A DNA stretch of 64,000 bases from Octopus sinensis. Its lineage: Eukaryota. Shown piece by piece: positions 24,750 through 39,885 of this stretch (position 1 is the stretch's first letter; each line of letters begins with the position of its first letter). Position numbers and translations under genes: made by a program. The stretch spans positions 81,902,001 to 81,966,000 of the forward strand of contig NC_043001.1 of NCBI RefSeq assembly GCF_006345805.1. The letters are read 5' to 3'. The notes under the pieces are model-generated. The model did no database searches and was not told where the DNA came from. It saw nothing but the letters and a program-made list of their open reading frames with translations.

Positions 24750-25070
24750 AGAACCCCTTCGGTCATGAATGACCATGGGATTGCACCTAGAAAGTTTCCC
24801 TCCGAAGTACAAGTCCAGCAAGATTGTTTATGGCAGACCAGCAGTCACCCATGCATACCAGCCTCCCCTCTCCTCCAAGCCACTGATGTTACCCAAAAGA
24901 AAGGCGAAGGCCGATACAGCTTGGTACCAGTGACGTCGCAACTCATTTCTACAGCTGAGTGAAATGGGGCAATGTGAAATAAAGTGTCTTGCTGAAGAAC
25001 ACAACACAGCCCAGTCTCACTACCTCGTGATTGTGAGCCCGACGCTCTAACCAATAAGCCATGTACCTCC
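24750..25070 (-). mobile_element. SINE family C
   Basis: Same body as 5283-5611. Confidence 0.78.
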
Positions 25071-25155
25071 ACCCACCATGTATGTACACACACACATACA
25101 TACAGATGCATACTTCATATTATGACGATAATTCCAAGACGTGCGATTTAGAAAA

Positions 25156-25591
25156 TCGACGGGCGATCTTTCGTCTCAAGTAGACCTTTCCGTCGATTTC
25201 CGTAAATTTTTTTTTTTTTTTTACATATGGGCTTGCGGGAACTTTTGAAGTAATATACATACATATACACATACACCGAGTAAAAAATTTCAGTTATCTC
25301 TTTCTTTCACACATTACTCTGTCTCTTCACACACACTAACAGAAGCACTTCACTTACACAACATACTGTCTGTCTCCCACACCCCATCAAACACACACAC
25401 ACACATATACATCAATGCTCCCATGCACGGTAACTTCAAAAGAACTTCCCTCGTCATACAATCGCTTTCTCTTAGTCTCTTTCGCTCTCATTACTTCAAA
25501 AGTTCCCGCAAGCCCATATGTAAAAAAAAAAAAAAATTATTTTACGGAAATCGAAGAAAAGGTCTACTAGAGACGAAATATCGCCAATCGA
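25156..25591. mobile_element. MITE / fold-back element with ~100-bp TIRs
   Basis: 25156-25254 is the imperfect reverse complement of 25490-25591 (core TACATATGGGCTTGCGGGAACTTTTGAAGTAAT is perfect). Confidence 0.75.
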
Positions 25592-26311
25592 CGTAACACG
25601 ACAAAAAACTCTTTAAACATTTCATTAGTTTATTATGTTTTAGCAAATGATTTGTACATATTTTCACATCTATTTTGATTTTCCAATCCCTATTGGTTTT
25701 TACGGTATCTTTAAAACCCTCATGCTTTTAACTATGCTCGCTGAGACAGACGTAAGTTGAACTTTATTTTTTCCAATTAATTTCGTCAAGAGGCAAATGA
25801 CAAAAGACGTAAAGTCGAAAAAGACGTAACTCGAGACAGCGTGAGCGGATATAAATCCTGTATGTATGAATATCACATACACACGCACGCGCCTGATACG
25901 CCATTGTAATCCAAACACTTAATAATGGTTTTGTCTTGAAGGAAAGTTGAACGCTTCGGATGTTTATATAAAGAATTCTCGACATCCTCACGGAATTAAA
26001 TTTATTCCAATTTCAGTTATTTACTTGTATTAATTTTTCGCCGACACTGAACAAAATACTACTACACTCAAATTCTACATTTTTTTTTCTTGAAATATAT
26101 ACACAATTTTAATATATACACTAAACCAGTCATGGGCAAATGCAGCCTGGGGGATTTTTTGAAGTTACTTTCCGCCTGAAGATGAACCATGTCTCATGTG
26201 GCCTGTTTCTCGTAAAAACTTGTCCATGCGTGGCAGTAGATAGATACAAATTTGATGTCCGTTACAGAAGTATGTATGATAGATGTAGCCATACATCAGA
26301 GAGAGAGAGAG

Positions 26312-26387
<76 letters not shown>

Positions 26388-26730
26388 TGAGAGAGAGAGG
26401 GGGCGTCGTGTGTGTGTGTGTGTTACAGAATTTATAGACAAAGAGAAAAAGCTGGTGTAATCCACCAGAAGGATAAGAAACTTTTCTTGTGAAAACTACT
26501 CTGAAAATATCCAATAGTTTTTTTATTGTTTTGTTTTTATACACACGCACAGAAAAGAAGTAGACTGTTAAGGAAGAGACATATTTCAGCTTATAGTCAG
26601 TCAGGTTTTTTTATGAGAGAGAGAGAGAGGGAAGAGTACAACAGCTTTTGAAAGAGACCAAGAAAAACCTGCTTTGGACATAGGCTTGGCAATGAAAAGT
26701 TGCACAGAGCCGTGAGTACATCACGCAGAA

Positions 26731-26781
<51 letters not shown>

Positions 26782-28211
26782 TGTGTGTGTATGTATACGT
26801 ATGTGTGTGCTATTAAGACGGCGAAGTTAAAGTGGCGGGAAGCTGTCGAATGGCGGGCGGGAGGAGAAGGAGAGAAAACAATGAAGTGTTGGTATTTAGA
26901 TGGCGAGTTCATGTAGGAACAGCTCTATTGATTTATCGATCTAACTCTTCTCCCCCTCTTTCATTCAATCATTTACTTAACTGATGACGACAAGTTGTTA
27001 AAATGGAGAGAACGACCCAAGGTTTCCGTGTGTATGCCCCCACGACCACCACTACCACCACCTTCATGCAGACGACCAGAGAAGATAATTAAACTGCCTT
27101 TCTTTCTGTTATTTTATGTATCTCTCTATCTACCTCCATAGCTATCCGTCCACGTATTATTACAGAGACGCGTCTATCTATCTATTTCCATTTAATAGCT
27201 CACTTTATTTCGTTCTTTCGATAAATGATGAATGATTGAAGCAGACGACACCTCTCCACAATGTCTTCATCATTCATATTCCACGATTAAACAAATGAAC
27301 AAAACCATGCATACTCCTGCATACAGTTAAAAATAGGTTTGATGCCGAGGTGAATAGTGGAACTGACAAATGTCGTTGGGAATTTGGCACAATTAATCCA
27401 CAAATCCAATCTTCGTTGATATGAGTGCATAAAGAACTAACTATCTGTTAGTTTAATTTATCTTTTAACGTTTACGTGTTTCAGTCATTGGATTGTGGCC
27501 TAGCTGGGGCACTGCCTTGCAAGGTTTTTAGTCGAACGAATCGACCCCAGTACTGATGTTTTTTTTAAGCCCGGTACTTATTCGTTCGTTCTCTTTGCCG
27601 AACCACTAAATTACAGGGATGTAAACAAACCAACACCGGTTATCAAATGGTGATAGACACGCATGCACATCCATACACACACGACCGATTTCTTTCAGTT
27701 TAAGTGTATCAAATCCACTTACATAGGCTATAGTAACTATCCACCCGAGGCTATAGTAGAATGCATTTATCCATGGTGCTACGGAATGTGACTGAGCCTA
27801 GAACCATGTGATTGAGAAACAAACTTCCAAACACACAGCTAAGCTTGCCATTTCTTTCAAATCAAGTATATATATATATTTATCTTGTTGGTACCAAAAC
27901 TGACTGTGGGGATGTGAGCGAACATATTTCCGTGTTTTATAAAATTAAGATGGTTTTAAGCTACTTAAACCTGTCCTGCACAATGATATAAAAAGAAGTA
28001 TCCTCATTGGTTTCAAGTTCACTTTTCCATACTCGCATTGGTCGAACGGATTTCCCGAGGAGGATTTTTCTATGGCAACATGCTTTGTCTGTTGCCAACC
28101 CTCGCCTATCTCGGCATTTGTTTACGACTAACACGCAAGGAGATACAAACACGTGCGCACACGCACATACATACACACATATACTTATATGAAGGGCTTC
28201 TTTCAGTTTCT

Positions 28212-28430
28212 TATTTCTTTATTGCCCGCAAGAAGATAAACATAGAGGGGACAAACAAGGACAGACATAGGTATTAAGTCGATTACACCGACCCCAGTGC
28301 GTAACTGGTACTTAATTTATCGACCCCGAAAGGATGAAAGGCAAAGTCGACCTCGGCGGAATTTGAACTCACAACGTAACGAGAAAGACAATACCGCTAA
28401 ACATTTCGCCCGGCATGCAAAAGTTTCTGC
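28212..28430 (-). mobile_element. SINE family B nested in a SINE A
   Basis: Splits an A element between ...TTCAGTTTC and CTACCAAATCCAC. Confidence 0.75.
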
Positions 28431-28759
28431 CTACCAAATCCACTGACAAGACTTTGGTCGGCCTGGGGATACAATAACAGATATTTGTCACTTGCCCAAG
28501 ACGTCACACAATGGGACTTCTTACTATACGGCTGCACCAAAATAGATGTAAAATCCATTTAGTTTTCTCATTAATAAAAGAAAAGGTGGAGACTATTTGC
28601 TAGTTTAAAAACCGCTGGCTAAAGGTCTCTTCCCCATCCCCCACACACAGAGTTTGTCAGCGCAGTGAAACGGGCGCAACGCCGCTTACGATAAACAATA
28701 GCTTGAGAACATCGAGTATTTTACGGGCGTGTAGCACAATAGCTAGGCCACAATAAGAA

Positions 28760-29010
28760 TGCAAGCCAGTCTGACACAAGACAAATAACAGTTGTGGAGG
28801 TGGCTAACGAGGATTTAATAGGGAACTTTCCAAAAAGACAAATGGACCATAAGCTATTGTTGAAGACTGCCGCACGCCTTTTGAGGTGGTACAGAACTGC
28901 TCACAGGCGTTTATTTCTTGCAGAAACGGAAAACCGTGGAGTAAGTGGTAAACAACGTCTTTACAAAGAGAAACTGATAGGTTATTGGAATCATCCAAGG
29001 ATGGAACTTT
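28760..29010 (+). mobile_element. Possible highly decayed RTE C-terminal remnant
   Basis: NEDL..RLLRWY..R..ENRGVSGKQRL weakly resembles RTE NEEV..RQLRW.GH..GKRGRGRQR. Confidence 0.3.
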
Positions 29011-29113
29011 GTGTAGAAGATCAACGGCCCCTAATCATTTTTTCTTTTTTTTTTTCTGTTTGCATTACGGACAGGTTTTATGCAAAACAAAACGCATAAT
29101 ATATGATTTAATT

Positions 29114-29310
29114 AAGGGGCTGAAAAGTTCCTGGCTTGGGTAAAAGAAAATACAGGGGGATCAGTTAATTATGGTTTTATTCAACATATTTCCCTCTCAG
29201 ATTAACACACTCATTGCAGCGATCTTTCGGTTTTTCTTCTAAGTCCTGTAAAAGAACTCGGAAGGTTCTTTCGTAATACTCTTAAAACCAGGAACTTTTC
29301 AGCATCCCTT
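29114..29310. mobile_element. Mariner-type MITE
   Basis: Inverted ends GCTGAAAAGTTCCTGG / CCAGGAACTTTTCAGC. A related left end occurs at about 52553-52690. Confidence 0.7.
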
Positions 29311-30074
29311 TTCACACACACACACACACACATATATATAGATAGGTGCAGGCATGGCTATGTGGTAAGAAGTTTGTTTCGTAATCACAAGGCTCCGGGT
29401 TCAGTCTCACTGTGTAGAACCTTGGACTTAGCGGTTCGGCAAAACAGATCGATAGAATAATTACCACGCTTAAAAAAACCGTTCTAGGGTCGATTCAACT
29501 AAAATTCTTCGAGGCAGTGCTCCAGCATGGTTGCAGTATAATAATAACTGAAGCAAGTATAAGCAAAATTTTGCTAAAAAGTATTCATTTTCTCAAAGTT
29601 ATAAGGAAACAAAATCCGCTTCACACTTGTATAAATATGCGGTATGTTGTGTTCAGGTTCGGTCTTCAAAACACAGAAAAACAGGATCTCTGAGTAAGGC
29701 AACCGTCAAAAATTTCCTTGTTCGTTTGGCCAATGACGTACAGCAAAACAACAAACACAATCCGTAATCATATTTAAAGCCACAGGTTAAGATTCACACC
29801 CCTAACACAAACATTTTTGCACTCGTGACACCATATAGCCACTCCTCGTTGAATTTCGCAAACAAAAACCGCTTCAATGTACGCGTAAAACGTAAAAGAA
29901 TCGCTTATTTATTTGTATGGGTTAGTACATTTTATTATATGTAATGTACTGTCATTATAAGAGATACAGTTTACTTCAGAAGCTTACAAACTCCTGAAAT
30001 AGTCAATGTCACCCAATATTTTAATTTACTTATTTATCTTAAAAGAGAGGTTGAAATGGTTCATCAGCTCAGAA

Positions 30075-30292
30075 TACTCTTTTACTTGTTTCAGTCATTT
30101 GACTGCGGCCATGCTGGAGCACTACCTTTAGTCGAACAAATTGACCCCAGGACTTATTCTTTGTAAGCCTAGTACTTATTCTATTGGTCTCTTTCTGCCG
30201 AACCGCTAAGTTACGGAGACGTAAACACACTACCATCGGTTGTCAAGCGATGTTGAGGAGGAGGGACAAACACACACACACACACACACACA

Positions 30293-30329
<37 letters not shown>

Positions 30330-30490
30330 CGACGGGCTTCTTTCAGTTTCCGTCTACCAAATCCACTTACAAGGCTTTGGTCGGCCCGAGGCTAAAGTAG
30401 AAGACACTTGCCCAAGGTGCCACGCAGTGGGAATGAACCCAGAACTATGTGGTTGGTAAGCAAGCTACTTACCACACAGTCACTCCTGCG
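30075..30490 (-). mobile_element. SINE family A, full-length
   Basis: Full family A body. Confidence 0.85.
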
Positions 30491-30797
30491 GTTCTCAACC
30501 ATTTTTTATCTGTGGACCCCTCTGATTACTATTTTATTCTGGTAGACACCACCACCACCACCACCACCATGGCTATTCGATGCTTAAAACTAGTTTTATA
30601 GAAGCTTCTTTCAAAATTCCTATTTCGCTTTTCACACATTGTGTAGGTTGAACTATGTAAAATGTTAGAAAAAGAACCCCAGCTGTTTCTTGCAATAAAA
30701 GCCAATACATACATACATCTAAACCAAACTTTTTTCACGAGCCCTTAAAATACTACTGTGGACCCAATCTTATATGGACCCCGGTTGAGAACCACTG
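30488..30797. mobile_element. hAT (Charlie-like) MITE
   Basis: GCGGTTCTCAACC ... GGTTGAGAACCACTG inverted ends. Confidence 0.65.
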
Positions 30798-30811
30798 TTT
30801 GAAATAAAATT

Positions 30812-31260
<449 letters not shown>

Positions 31261-31677
31261 CAGAAGGACAGTCACACACACACACACATCTTTTACATCT
31301 TTCAGGTATTGGACTTCAGTCATGCTGGGACACCGCCTTGAAGAGTTTAGTTGAATAAATCGATTCCAGTACATATTTTTTTTTAAACTCGGGACCAATT
31401 CTATCAATCACTTTTTGCTAAATTGCTAGATTACGGGGACGTAAACAACCGTTTGTCAAGTGATGGCGAGGGAGACAAATACAAAGATACACACAATATA
31501 TGTATGTATGTAGACGCAAATACAAGAACAGGGGAATGGGGAACGGGTTTAGGTTTCTGTGTATGAAATTCCCGCACAAGGTTTTAATCAGCCCGCAGTT
31601 GCAGTAGAAAACATTTGTTCAAGGTGTCACGCCGCGGGACTGAACCCGGAACCACGAAGCATGGGAGCAGACTTCTT

Positions 31678-31898
31678 ATTTCTTTACTGCCCACAAGGGG
31701 CTAAACATAGAGGGGACAAACAAAGGTATTAAGTCGATTACATCGACCCCGGTGCGTAACTGCTACTTAATTTATCGAACCCGAAATGATGAAAGGCAAA
31801 GTCGACCTCGGCGGAATTTGAACTCAGAACGTAACGGTAGATGAAATACTGCTAAGCATTTCACCCGGCGTGCTAACGATTCTGCCAGCTCGCCGCCT
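31678..31898 (-). mobile_element. SINE family B nested in a SINE A head, with TSD
   Basis: TTCTTATT direct repeat on both sides. Confidence 0.78.
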
Positions 31899-31939
31899 TC
31901 TTATTACACAGTTATGCCTGTGCCTACAAGCAACACGTG

Positions 31940-32830
31940 GACCTGTTTTTGGATAACGTTGGATTGTTACCAAAAGTTGTGCAGTTTAGTGGAATCGGAT
32001 ATGTGGACAAAAAATGCAGAGAGGGATTTCAAAGCAGTGTCAATAAAACCATCATTGTTGAGGAGCGGAGAAAGGATTCCGCAAATTTGGTAGCGATATC
32101 TCGAATAAGGAAAAAGTAATTTTGGAGGCGAGAGAGAAAGTAATCGGACTGTGTATTGTATGAATGGAGACATACTTCGGATGAGGATCTCGCAAGAACT
32201 GCTGTGAGGAAAAATACCGTCATCAGTTTACCTAGAAGTGGGTTGTAGTCTCTTAGACTTGTAGACTTCTTGCTCCTAAATTGTAACAGCGCAGCCGTAA
32301 ATCAAAACTTCAGTGTAAGATTTAGGATTACGAATTTCGTTGTGTGTGGAATATAAACGGACATATTTAAGAAGATGACACTTGTCTGGCTGTCTCTGAT
32401 GGATTAATATCGCCAGGAGCAGTTAGCAAAGAACTGGCAGAGATCTGTCCACTCCACTGATTTGAAGTACCATATGGTACTTCCGGTAGGTGTGAAGCTT
32501 GAGTATTTATTGGATACACGATAGTGCCTAGACAGCAGATATATTGAGCTGTAAACGGGAGCGAGAGATTTATATCTTGGAAAGGAAGAGATCGTGTGAC
32601 ATACGTGTTAATAGGAGATGTGTGGGATAAAGGTTGGATCAGAAGCCACGGATATTAGAGCAGAAAGAATATCCAGAGGGTTTAATTCTATGTCTTTGCT
32701 AAGTCATGACTGTAGTGACGACAGAGCATCATAAAATCCAGATAACGACCGTACGACGAGATAAATATGAGACGGGTACAATGTGAAGAAAGAGGTGTCT
32801 TGTATTGTGTAGTGTTAAATTCTTCGCGAA
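31940..32830 (-). mobile_element. Old CR1/L2/Jockey-type LINE remnant (endonuclease-linker region)
   Basis: IWYFKSVEWTDLCQFFANCSW and YIPH..K resemble post-endonuclease linker motifs; many stops and frameshifts. Confidence 0.5.
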
Positions 32831-33462
32831 GTCCACTGGCTTTCTGTGGTTCTTATGGAAATGTTTGAATACTTTCCCTCTTTCCGTCACGATTTCTCCG
32901 CCCAAACTCAATCCAATTATTAGAGAACAAAAACAATTCTCACTCCCTCTCTTCCTTGTGCATATCTCATTCTCTGTTCGATCAACTTTTGGGGACTTTT
33001 CACACTATTTTTGTGTTGTTCTTTGGCCCTGTGTCATTATGTACCTAATGCTGCATTGTCTTTGCTAGTACTGTCTATGTCGAATCGGGTGAACTCATAG
33101 ACGCTCTCCACCCTCTTCTTTCTAGGTGGTAGCCACATCTTGGCAACCGACTTAATACCCCCTCCCGGCATATGATGAGTTTTCTGTTGGGTTTAGAGTT
33201 GCTAAGAAATTCTGCACTCACTGGCCAACTTGATAGTATAGTTAAGAACAGTTTACTCAAGGGACCCCATAGCAAGATTGAACCTGGAACTAATTGGTTG
33301 CGAAATAGCTTCTTAACTACGAAACAGCTGAGCCTAAACATGTGAAACGTCTAGTATGCAAGTTGATAGGTGTGTGTGTGTGTAAGTTGTCGATGTGTAA
33401 ACGTAACGAATGACTGAAAACGTTTTCCGACTGTGATATAGGCAATATCACCCACACAAATA

Positions 33463-33550
<88 letters not shown>

Positions 33551-34946
33551 GAAAGAGAGACGTGTCCAACATAGGGTGTGTTTTTATGTGGTTAATGAAA
33601 TTACATGGCACGGAAAACATTCACAGTCATTCGTATATTTACACACACACACTTAACTTCTCTTGTAAATAGTTCCCTCTCCATATATATATATATACAC
33701 ACACACACAGGGAAAGAGAGATTTGAGAGTGTGTATGTTGGCAGTCAGTGATACATAGTATATGCAACTGCTTTTAATTTAGGCAGAAGGCCAACGCTTT
33801 CGAGTGGAGTGGGGTGTAGTCGATTAGATCGATATAAAGTACGAGTAGTACTTTATATTATCGACCTCGATATGATTTGAACTTACAATGTAAAGAGCCG
33901 GAACAAATGCTGCGAGGCACTTCCCCCCCCCCCCCCGAGTCTCGACAGATTCTACCAACCACACCGCCTTTATACTTATGTAAGTACGTATGTATATATG
34001 TGTATGTACGTTCGTATGTGTATATGTATGCAGCTATATGAATTTATGTATATGTTTGTGTATACGTATCAAGAAAGTATGAGGACAAACTTCATTGCTA
34101 AACAATGTATACAACAATATACAATAAATAATATACAAGAATGACAGCCGACACAGACAGAAATGGCAGACAGTACAGGGACAGCATAAACCTACCCACT
34201 CACCCATCCATTTCTCCTTTAAGAAATGCAGGAAAGTAGCAAGGTAGGGGAACGGTTGACAGATGAAATTACAAATAGAGAGAGCAGGAGGTAGAAGGGA
34301 CAGACGAGAATTTAGTTGAAACAACAGCTACTTTGTGTATGTAATATATATACAGACATTATTGTATACCTCCCAAGGTGACAGTATACTTTGTTGGTCG
34401 AGATATCCATGACAACAGGCAGTTGTGTGTGTGTGTGTGTTGTATCCATCTTTTACTTGTTTCAATCACTGGGCAGCGGCCACCCCAGTACTTATTCTTT
34501 TAATTCTTTTACTTGTTTCAGTCATTTGGCTGCAGCCATGGTGGAGCACACTGCCTTGAGAAATGCTAGATGCCAACCTCCGAATGCCGAAACCTTGGAT
34601 CGATCTAGGAGCCTTTAGATCTTCAGTCTAACGCTCTCCCAGCTGAGTTATTAATTTATTTATATTAAAACGGGGAAATTAATTTTTGGTCTCTTTGCTG
34701 AACCGCTATAACAACTCAACACCAGTTGTCAAGCAGTTGGTGGGGAAGGACAGAAAACACACACACAAACTCATAGTTTCGTCTACAAAATCCACCCAAA
34801 AGGCTTTAAACGAGCCAAGGATACAGTAAAAGACACTTTCCCCCAAAAGAGACCGAACCCGAAACCACGTGGCTACCAAACGGACTTCTAAACCACACGG
34901 CCTGCCATGTCTACGCGTCTCTCTCACTCTTTATATGCGTGTATAT

Positions 34947-34988
<42 letters not shown>

Positions 34989-35001
34989 TATATATATATA
35001 T

Positions 35002-35035
<34 letters not shown>

Positions 35036-35088
35036 TTTTAAATATTTTTTGTGCAAGATTTTTTATGTGAAGTCGTGTGTTGAAACAG

Positions 35089-35374
35089 ATATTGTTATTT
35101 CGGAATGGTCATATTGCCAGTTTAGCCAATAAAAACACACGCACTATATATTTGGTGTTAATTTGCTTCAGTGATATTTATTTTTTACATTAATCTTAAT
35201 CTTATTTCGGCCAAAGTTCTTGGTCACAGGATGTGACGAAAGAACTTTGGCCGAAATAAGATTAAGATTAATGTAAAAATAAATATCACTGAAGCAAAAT
35301 AACACCAAATATATAGTGCGTGTGTTTTTTATTGGCTAAACTGGCAATATGACCATTCCGAAATATAACAATAT
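35089..35374. repeat. Long palindrome, ~140-bp arms, 3-bp loop, in a (TA)n tract
   Basis: 35089-35228 is the reverse complement of 35232-35374 with a few mismatches/indels; centre GTCACA-GGA-TGTGAC. Confidence 0.95.
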
Positions 35375-35388
35375 ATATATATAATATA

Positions 35389-35419
<31 letters not shown>

Positions 35420-35487
35420 GGCCTTAATATGCGTTGGTAGTACAAACAGGATAAATAGAACGTGAAAATGAGTATATATATATTACG

Positions 35488-35890
35488 CTTTTACTTGTTT
35501 CAGTCATTTGACTGCGGCCATGCTGGAGCACCGCCTTTAATCGAACAACTCGACCCCGGGACTTATTCTTTTGTAAGCCCAGTATTTATTCTATCGGTCT
35601 CTTTTGCCGACCCTAAGTAACGGGGACATAACACCACCAGCATCGGTTGTCAAGCAATGCTAGGGGGACAAACACAGACACACAAACACACACACGTCAT
35701 GCATATATATATATATATATAATATATATATAAACGACGGGCTTCTTTTCAGTTTCCGTCTACCAAATCCACTCACAAGGCTTTGGTCGGCCCGAGGCTA
35801 TAGTAGAAGACACTTGCCCAAGGTGCCACGCAGTGGGACTGAACCCGGAACCATGTGGTAAGTAAACAAGCTACTTACCACATGGCCACT
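35488..35890 (-). mobile_element. SINE family A, young
   Basis: Near-consensus body. Confidence 0.85.
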
Positions 35891-36026
35891 CTAATCTTCA
35901 TTGTTAATAGGCAGAAGTTACAAAGTAACTGGAAGACCAAGAGTTTCGTGTAGAGATAGAGATGTCATTAAAGAAGAAAGGAAGAAAGCCAATAAGGAGA
36001 GAGAGAGGGAGCGTGTGTTGTTATTA

Positions 36027-36840
36027 AGGCGGCGAACCGGCAGAATCGTTAGAACACTGGGAAAAAATGCTTAGCGGAATTTCGACCGTCTATATCTTTT
36101 GATTTCAAATGCCGCCGAGGTCGACTTTGCCTTTCATCCTTTCGGGGTCGATGAAATAACTATCAGTAAAGCACTGGGGTCGATGTAATCGACATACTTC
36201 TTCCTACAAAATTGCTGACCTTATGCCAAAATTTTGGGTCGATGTAATCGGCTAGTACTTCCCATCAAAGCTTCGGACCTTGTGCCTTTAGTTAGTGAAA
36301 ATGATTATTATTATTAATCGATTTTGCCTTTTATCCTTTAGGGATCGATAAAATAAGTACTAGTTGAACGGAGTCGATGTAATCGTCTTACACCTTTCCC
36401 TGAAATTGCTGGCCTTGTGCCAAAATTTAAAACCATTATTATTATTATTATTTGATTTACAGCAGTATTCACTCGAGAGCCTAGACTCACTGCTGTAACG
36501 ATTTAATTTAAAACACGTTTGTATATGAGAAAATGCTGAGGTATTAAAATACTTCCAACACACATATACATACAAATATATTAACTAACTAACCGGTTTC
36601 TCACATAAAACTATCCTGTAGGAATTTGTACTAAGCACGTTTCGCCCAATTTAAAAATACGAAATGCTTAGCGGTATTTTGTCTGTCTTTACGTTCTGAT
36701 TTCAAATTCCGTCGAGATTGACTTTGCCTTTCATACTTTCGGGGTCGATAAATTAAGTAGCAGTTGCGTACTGGGGTCGATCGATAATCGACTGGCCCCT
36801 CTCCACCAAAATTTCAGGCCTTGTGCCTAGAGTAGAAAAG
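36027..36840 (+). mobile_element. Cluster of SINE B copies and tandem partial B tails
   Basis: B bodies at about 36027-36200 and 36660-36840; three GTCGATGTAATCG..CTT(G/A)TGCC units at 36175-36425. Confidence 0.65.
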
Positions 36841-37499
36841 GTTAAGATAATTGTAACTCTGCTTTAGTGAGATGTCTCGTTACATTTCGTGTTCAAATCC
36901 AACTGGAGTTGACTTTGTCTTTCATAGTTTTGGTCTGTCTATACATTAAGTACAACTCCTGTAGTAATTGATGAAGAGTCCACACCGCAAAAGAATGGGT
37001 TTTTTTGGGTTTTTTTTTTTGTATTTAACTGTTCTGATAGGTACAATGTCTTCATTATGACGGCATAGTTCGACTAACAGCTTCTCAGATGGAGTACTAG
37101 ACCTAACGAGTACCCTTATGATACATACATACATACATACACGCTCACACAGACATACATATATATGCATACACGCTCACAGACATATATACATACAAAC
37201 ATACACAATATGCCCACGGACAGCCTTCGACTTTTTCTATCCAAAGTTTCTTTGAACCAATATTCTACATGCTGTAATCTACTTCAAGTTACACTATGAA
37301 AATAAAAAAAAAAAAACAACAACTAAGAAATAGCACAGCTGACACAGGCAGACAGACAGATTGATAACCATGCATACAAACAAGTATATCTGCATATACA
37401 AACACAAATATTGATACACGAGTTAGTGATGATGACAATTCTTTATTGGCCACAAGCGCTGCACACAAAACAAGAGACAACGGAGAATAATAATAATAA

Positions 37500-37720
37500 T
37501 CTTTCTACTGTAGGTACAAGAACTTGAAATTTCTGGGAAGAGGATTAATCGATGACATCAACCCCAGTACTCAACTAGTACTTATTTTATCAACTCCGAA
37601 AAGGTGAAAGGCAAAGTCGACCTCGGCGGAATTTGAACTCAGAACGAGAAGACGGAAGTGCATTTTGCACGCTGTGCATTTTGTCCGATGTGCTAACGAT
37701 TATGCCAGCTTGTCACCATA
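37500..37720 (-). mobile_element. SINE family B variant
   Basis: GAAAGGCAAAGTCGACCTCGGCGGAATTTGAACTC motif. Confidence 0.7.
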
Positions 37721-37787
37721 ATAATAATAATAATTTTTTAAAATCTAGACCATTTATTACTCCGAGTTTCGCGTTATTGTTCATCAT

Positions 37788-37831
<44 letters not shown>

Positions 37832-39076
37832 TCGTTTGACTTTACAAACGAAAGAAATAGCACTCAATATATGTAATAAAGTTCGTTAATTTACTGGAAG
37901 CTGATGATTCATTCTACTGCTATTAACTTCTCCCTATACGCCGCGTAAAACAATATATTAATAACCAACTATGTATGAAACAGGGTGTCTCAGAGACAGA
38001 GAAAGGGAGAAAGGGACAACTGTATGTGTGTATGCACGCATAATTTACGTATTATCATTAGAGGGATGAAACGCTTAAGTTGTCCCTCGCGTGATTTGAA
38101 CTCAGAATGGGCGGAGTTTTGGAACAACTATATTACTTCCTCGTGGGGAAGGGAAAATGGTAAGGAATTAAGTGAAGTTTTTTTTTTTTTTTTTCCTTTC
38201 ATCTCTCTCTCTCAGTATTCCTATGTTTCATAGAATGGGAAATTACGATTTTGAAAAAAAATTTTTTTGTTTTCCTAAAATTTCATTTTTATTTGTCTTA
38301 ATATTTTAATTCCCCCACCCCGCCCCACCCAAGGCCGTCAATTCCGTACCTTTTTTTTTCCTTCCCCGTGAGCTAGTGATAGCTCAGAATGTCTCCTGAT
38401 ATGAGAAACAATTTTTAAATAAAAAAAACCCAAAATAGACAATTTTAATAGAAGTGGGGTGAATTTTTTTTTTTTGGCAAATTGAAAAACAGTGCATTAA
38501 ACAAGATAGACGACACAAAATATTCGGGAACTAAGGTTGGTAGGGGGGGCAGTTTGAAATCGATGCCCCCCCCCCCACACACCTGTATAACAACCCCCTT
38601 CCTTACCTAAAACATAGACATCCAGAGTCACCATAACCTCTTTTTTTACCGCCATCCTCATCCCACCACTCACACAGCCACGAAAGACGCCAACACCCTT
38701 CCCCTTCCCAAACTGGTGGTCAACATTCTCCCCACCACCACCTCCACCATCAGCTTCCTGTTTCTTCTCACCTCCATCAGCACCACCACCACCACCAACA
38801 ACAACAACAACTCTTCTGTACACTATAGAAGTCAGAGACAGGCTGGCAGCGTATGTAAGATGGAAGGGGACTCTATTTCATTGAGGGAGACAGTCGTGTC
38901 TGTCTCCTTTTGACGGACAAACATGGCTAGCAAAGGGGAATGAGGGAGTTAGGTACACTACAATAGAATCATTACTACTACTGTAAAACACTTTTGTTGA
39001 AAGCAGGAGGAAGAATAATATACATACATCACTGAACGAGCCTGTGTGCGTGTCTGTCTGTCTGTATGTATGTATG

Positions 39077-39108
<32 letters not shown>

Positions 39109-39195
39109 ACTCTTCACGAACTTGTTTTAGTTACTGGCTGCGGCCATGCTAGAGGACACATTCGAAGGATTTAGTCGAACAAAATCGATTTCAGC

Positions 39196-39200
39196 ATGCA

Positions 39201-39240
<40 letters not shown>

Positions 39241-39852
39241 CATATACATACATATATACACACATATACACACATACATACACACATACATATATATATA
39301 TACACATACATACACACATACATACACACATACATATATATATATATACACACATACATACACACATACATATATATATATATACACATACATACACACA
39401 TACATATATATATATATACACATACATACACATATATATATATATATACACACATACATACACATATATATACACACATACATACACATATATATATACA
39501 CACATACACATATATATACACACACATACATACACATATATATATACACACATACACATATATATACACACACATACATACATACACATATATACACACA
39601 CACATATATGTATATATACACACACATATATATAGATACACACACATGTATATACACACATACACATATGTATATACACACACATATATATACACACACA
39701 CATATATATATACACACACACACATATATATACACACACACACATATATATACACATACACACATATATACACACACACACACATATATATACACACACA
39801 CACACATATATATATACACATACACATATATATATACACACACACACATATG

Positions 39853-39883
<31 letters not shown>

Positions 39884-39885
39884 GA
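39196..39885. repeat. Compound TA/CA microsatellite expanded inside a SINE A tail
   Basis: SINE A tail pieces at about 39120-39190 and 39940-39990 flank it. Confidence 0.9.

Noticed and set aside
28651-28694. Plus-strand terminal exon (FVSAVKRAQRRLR*)
   Set aside because: No partner exons found, and the adjacent sequence looks like decayed LINE.
29730-29740. CCAAT+TGACGT promoter motif
   Set aside because: An isolated short motif is expected by chance; no downstream gene evidence.
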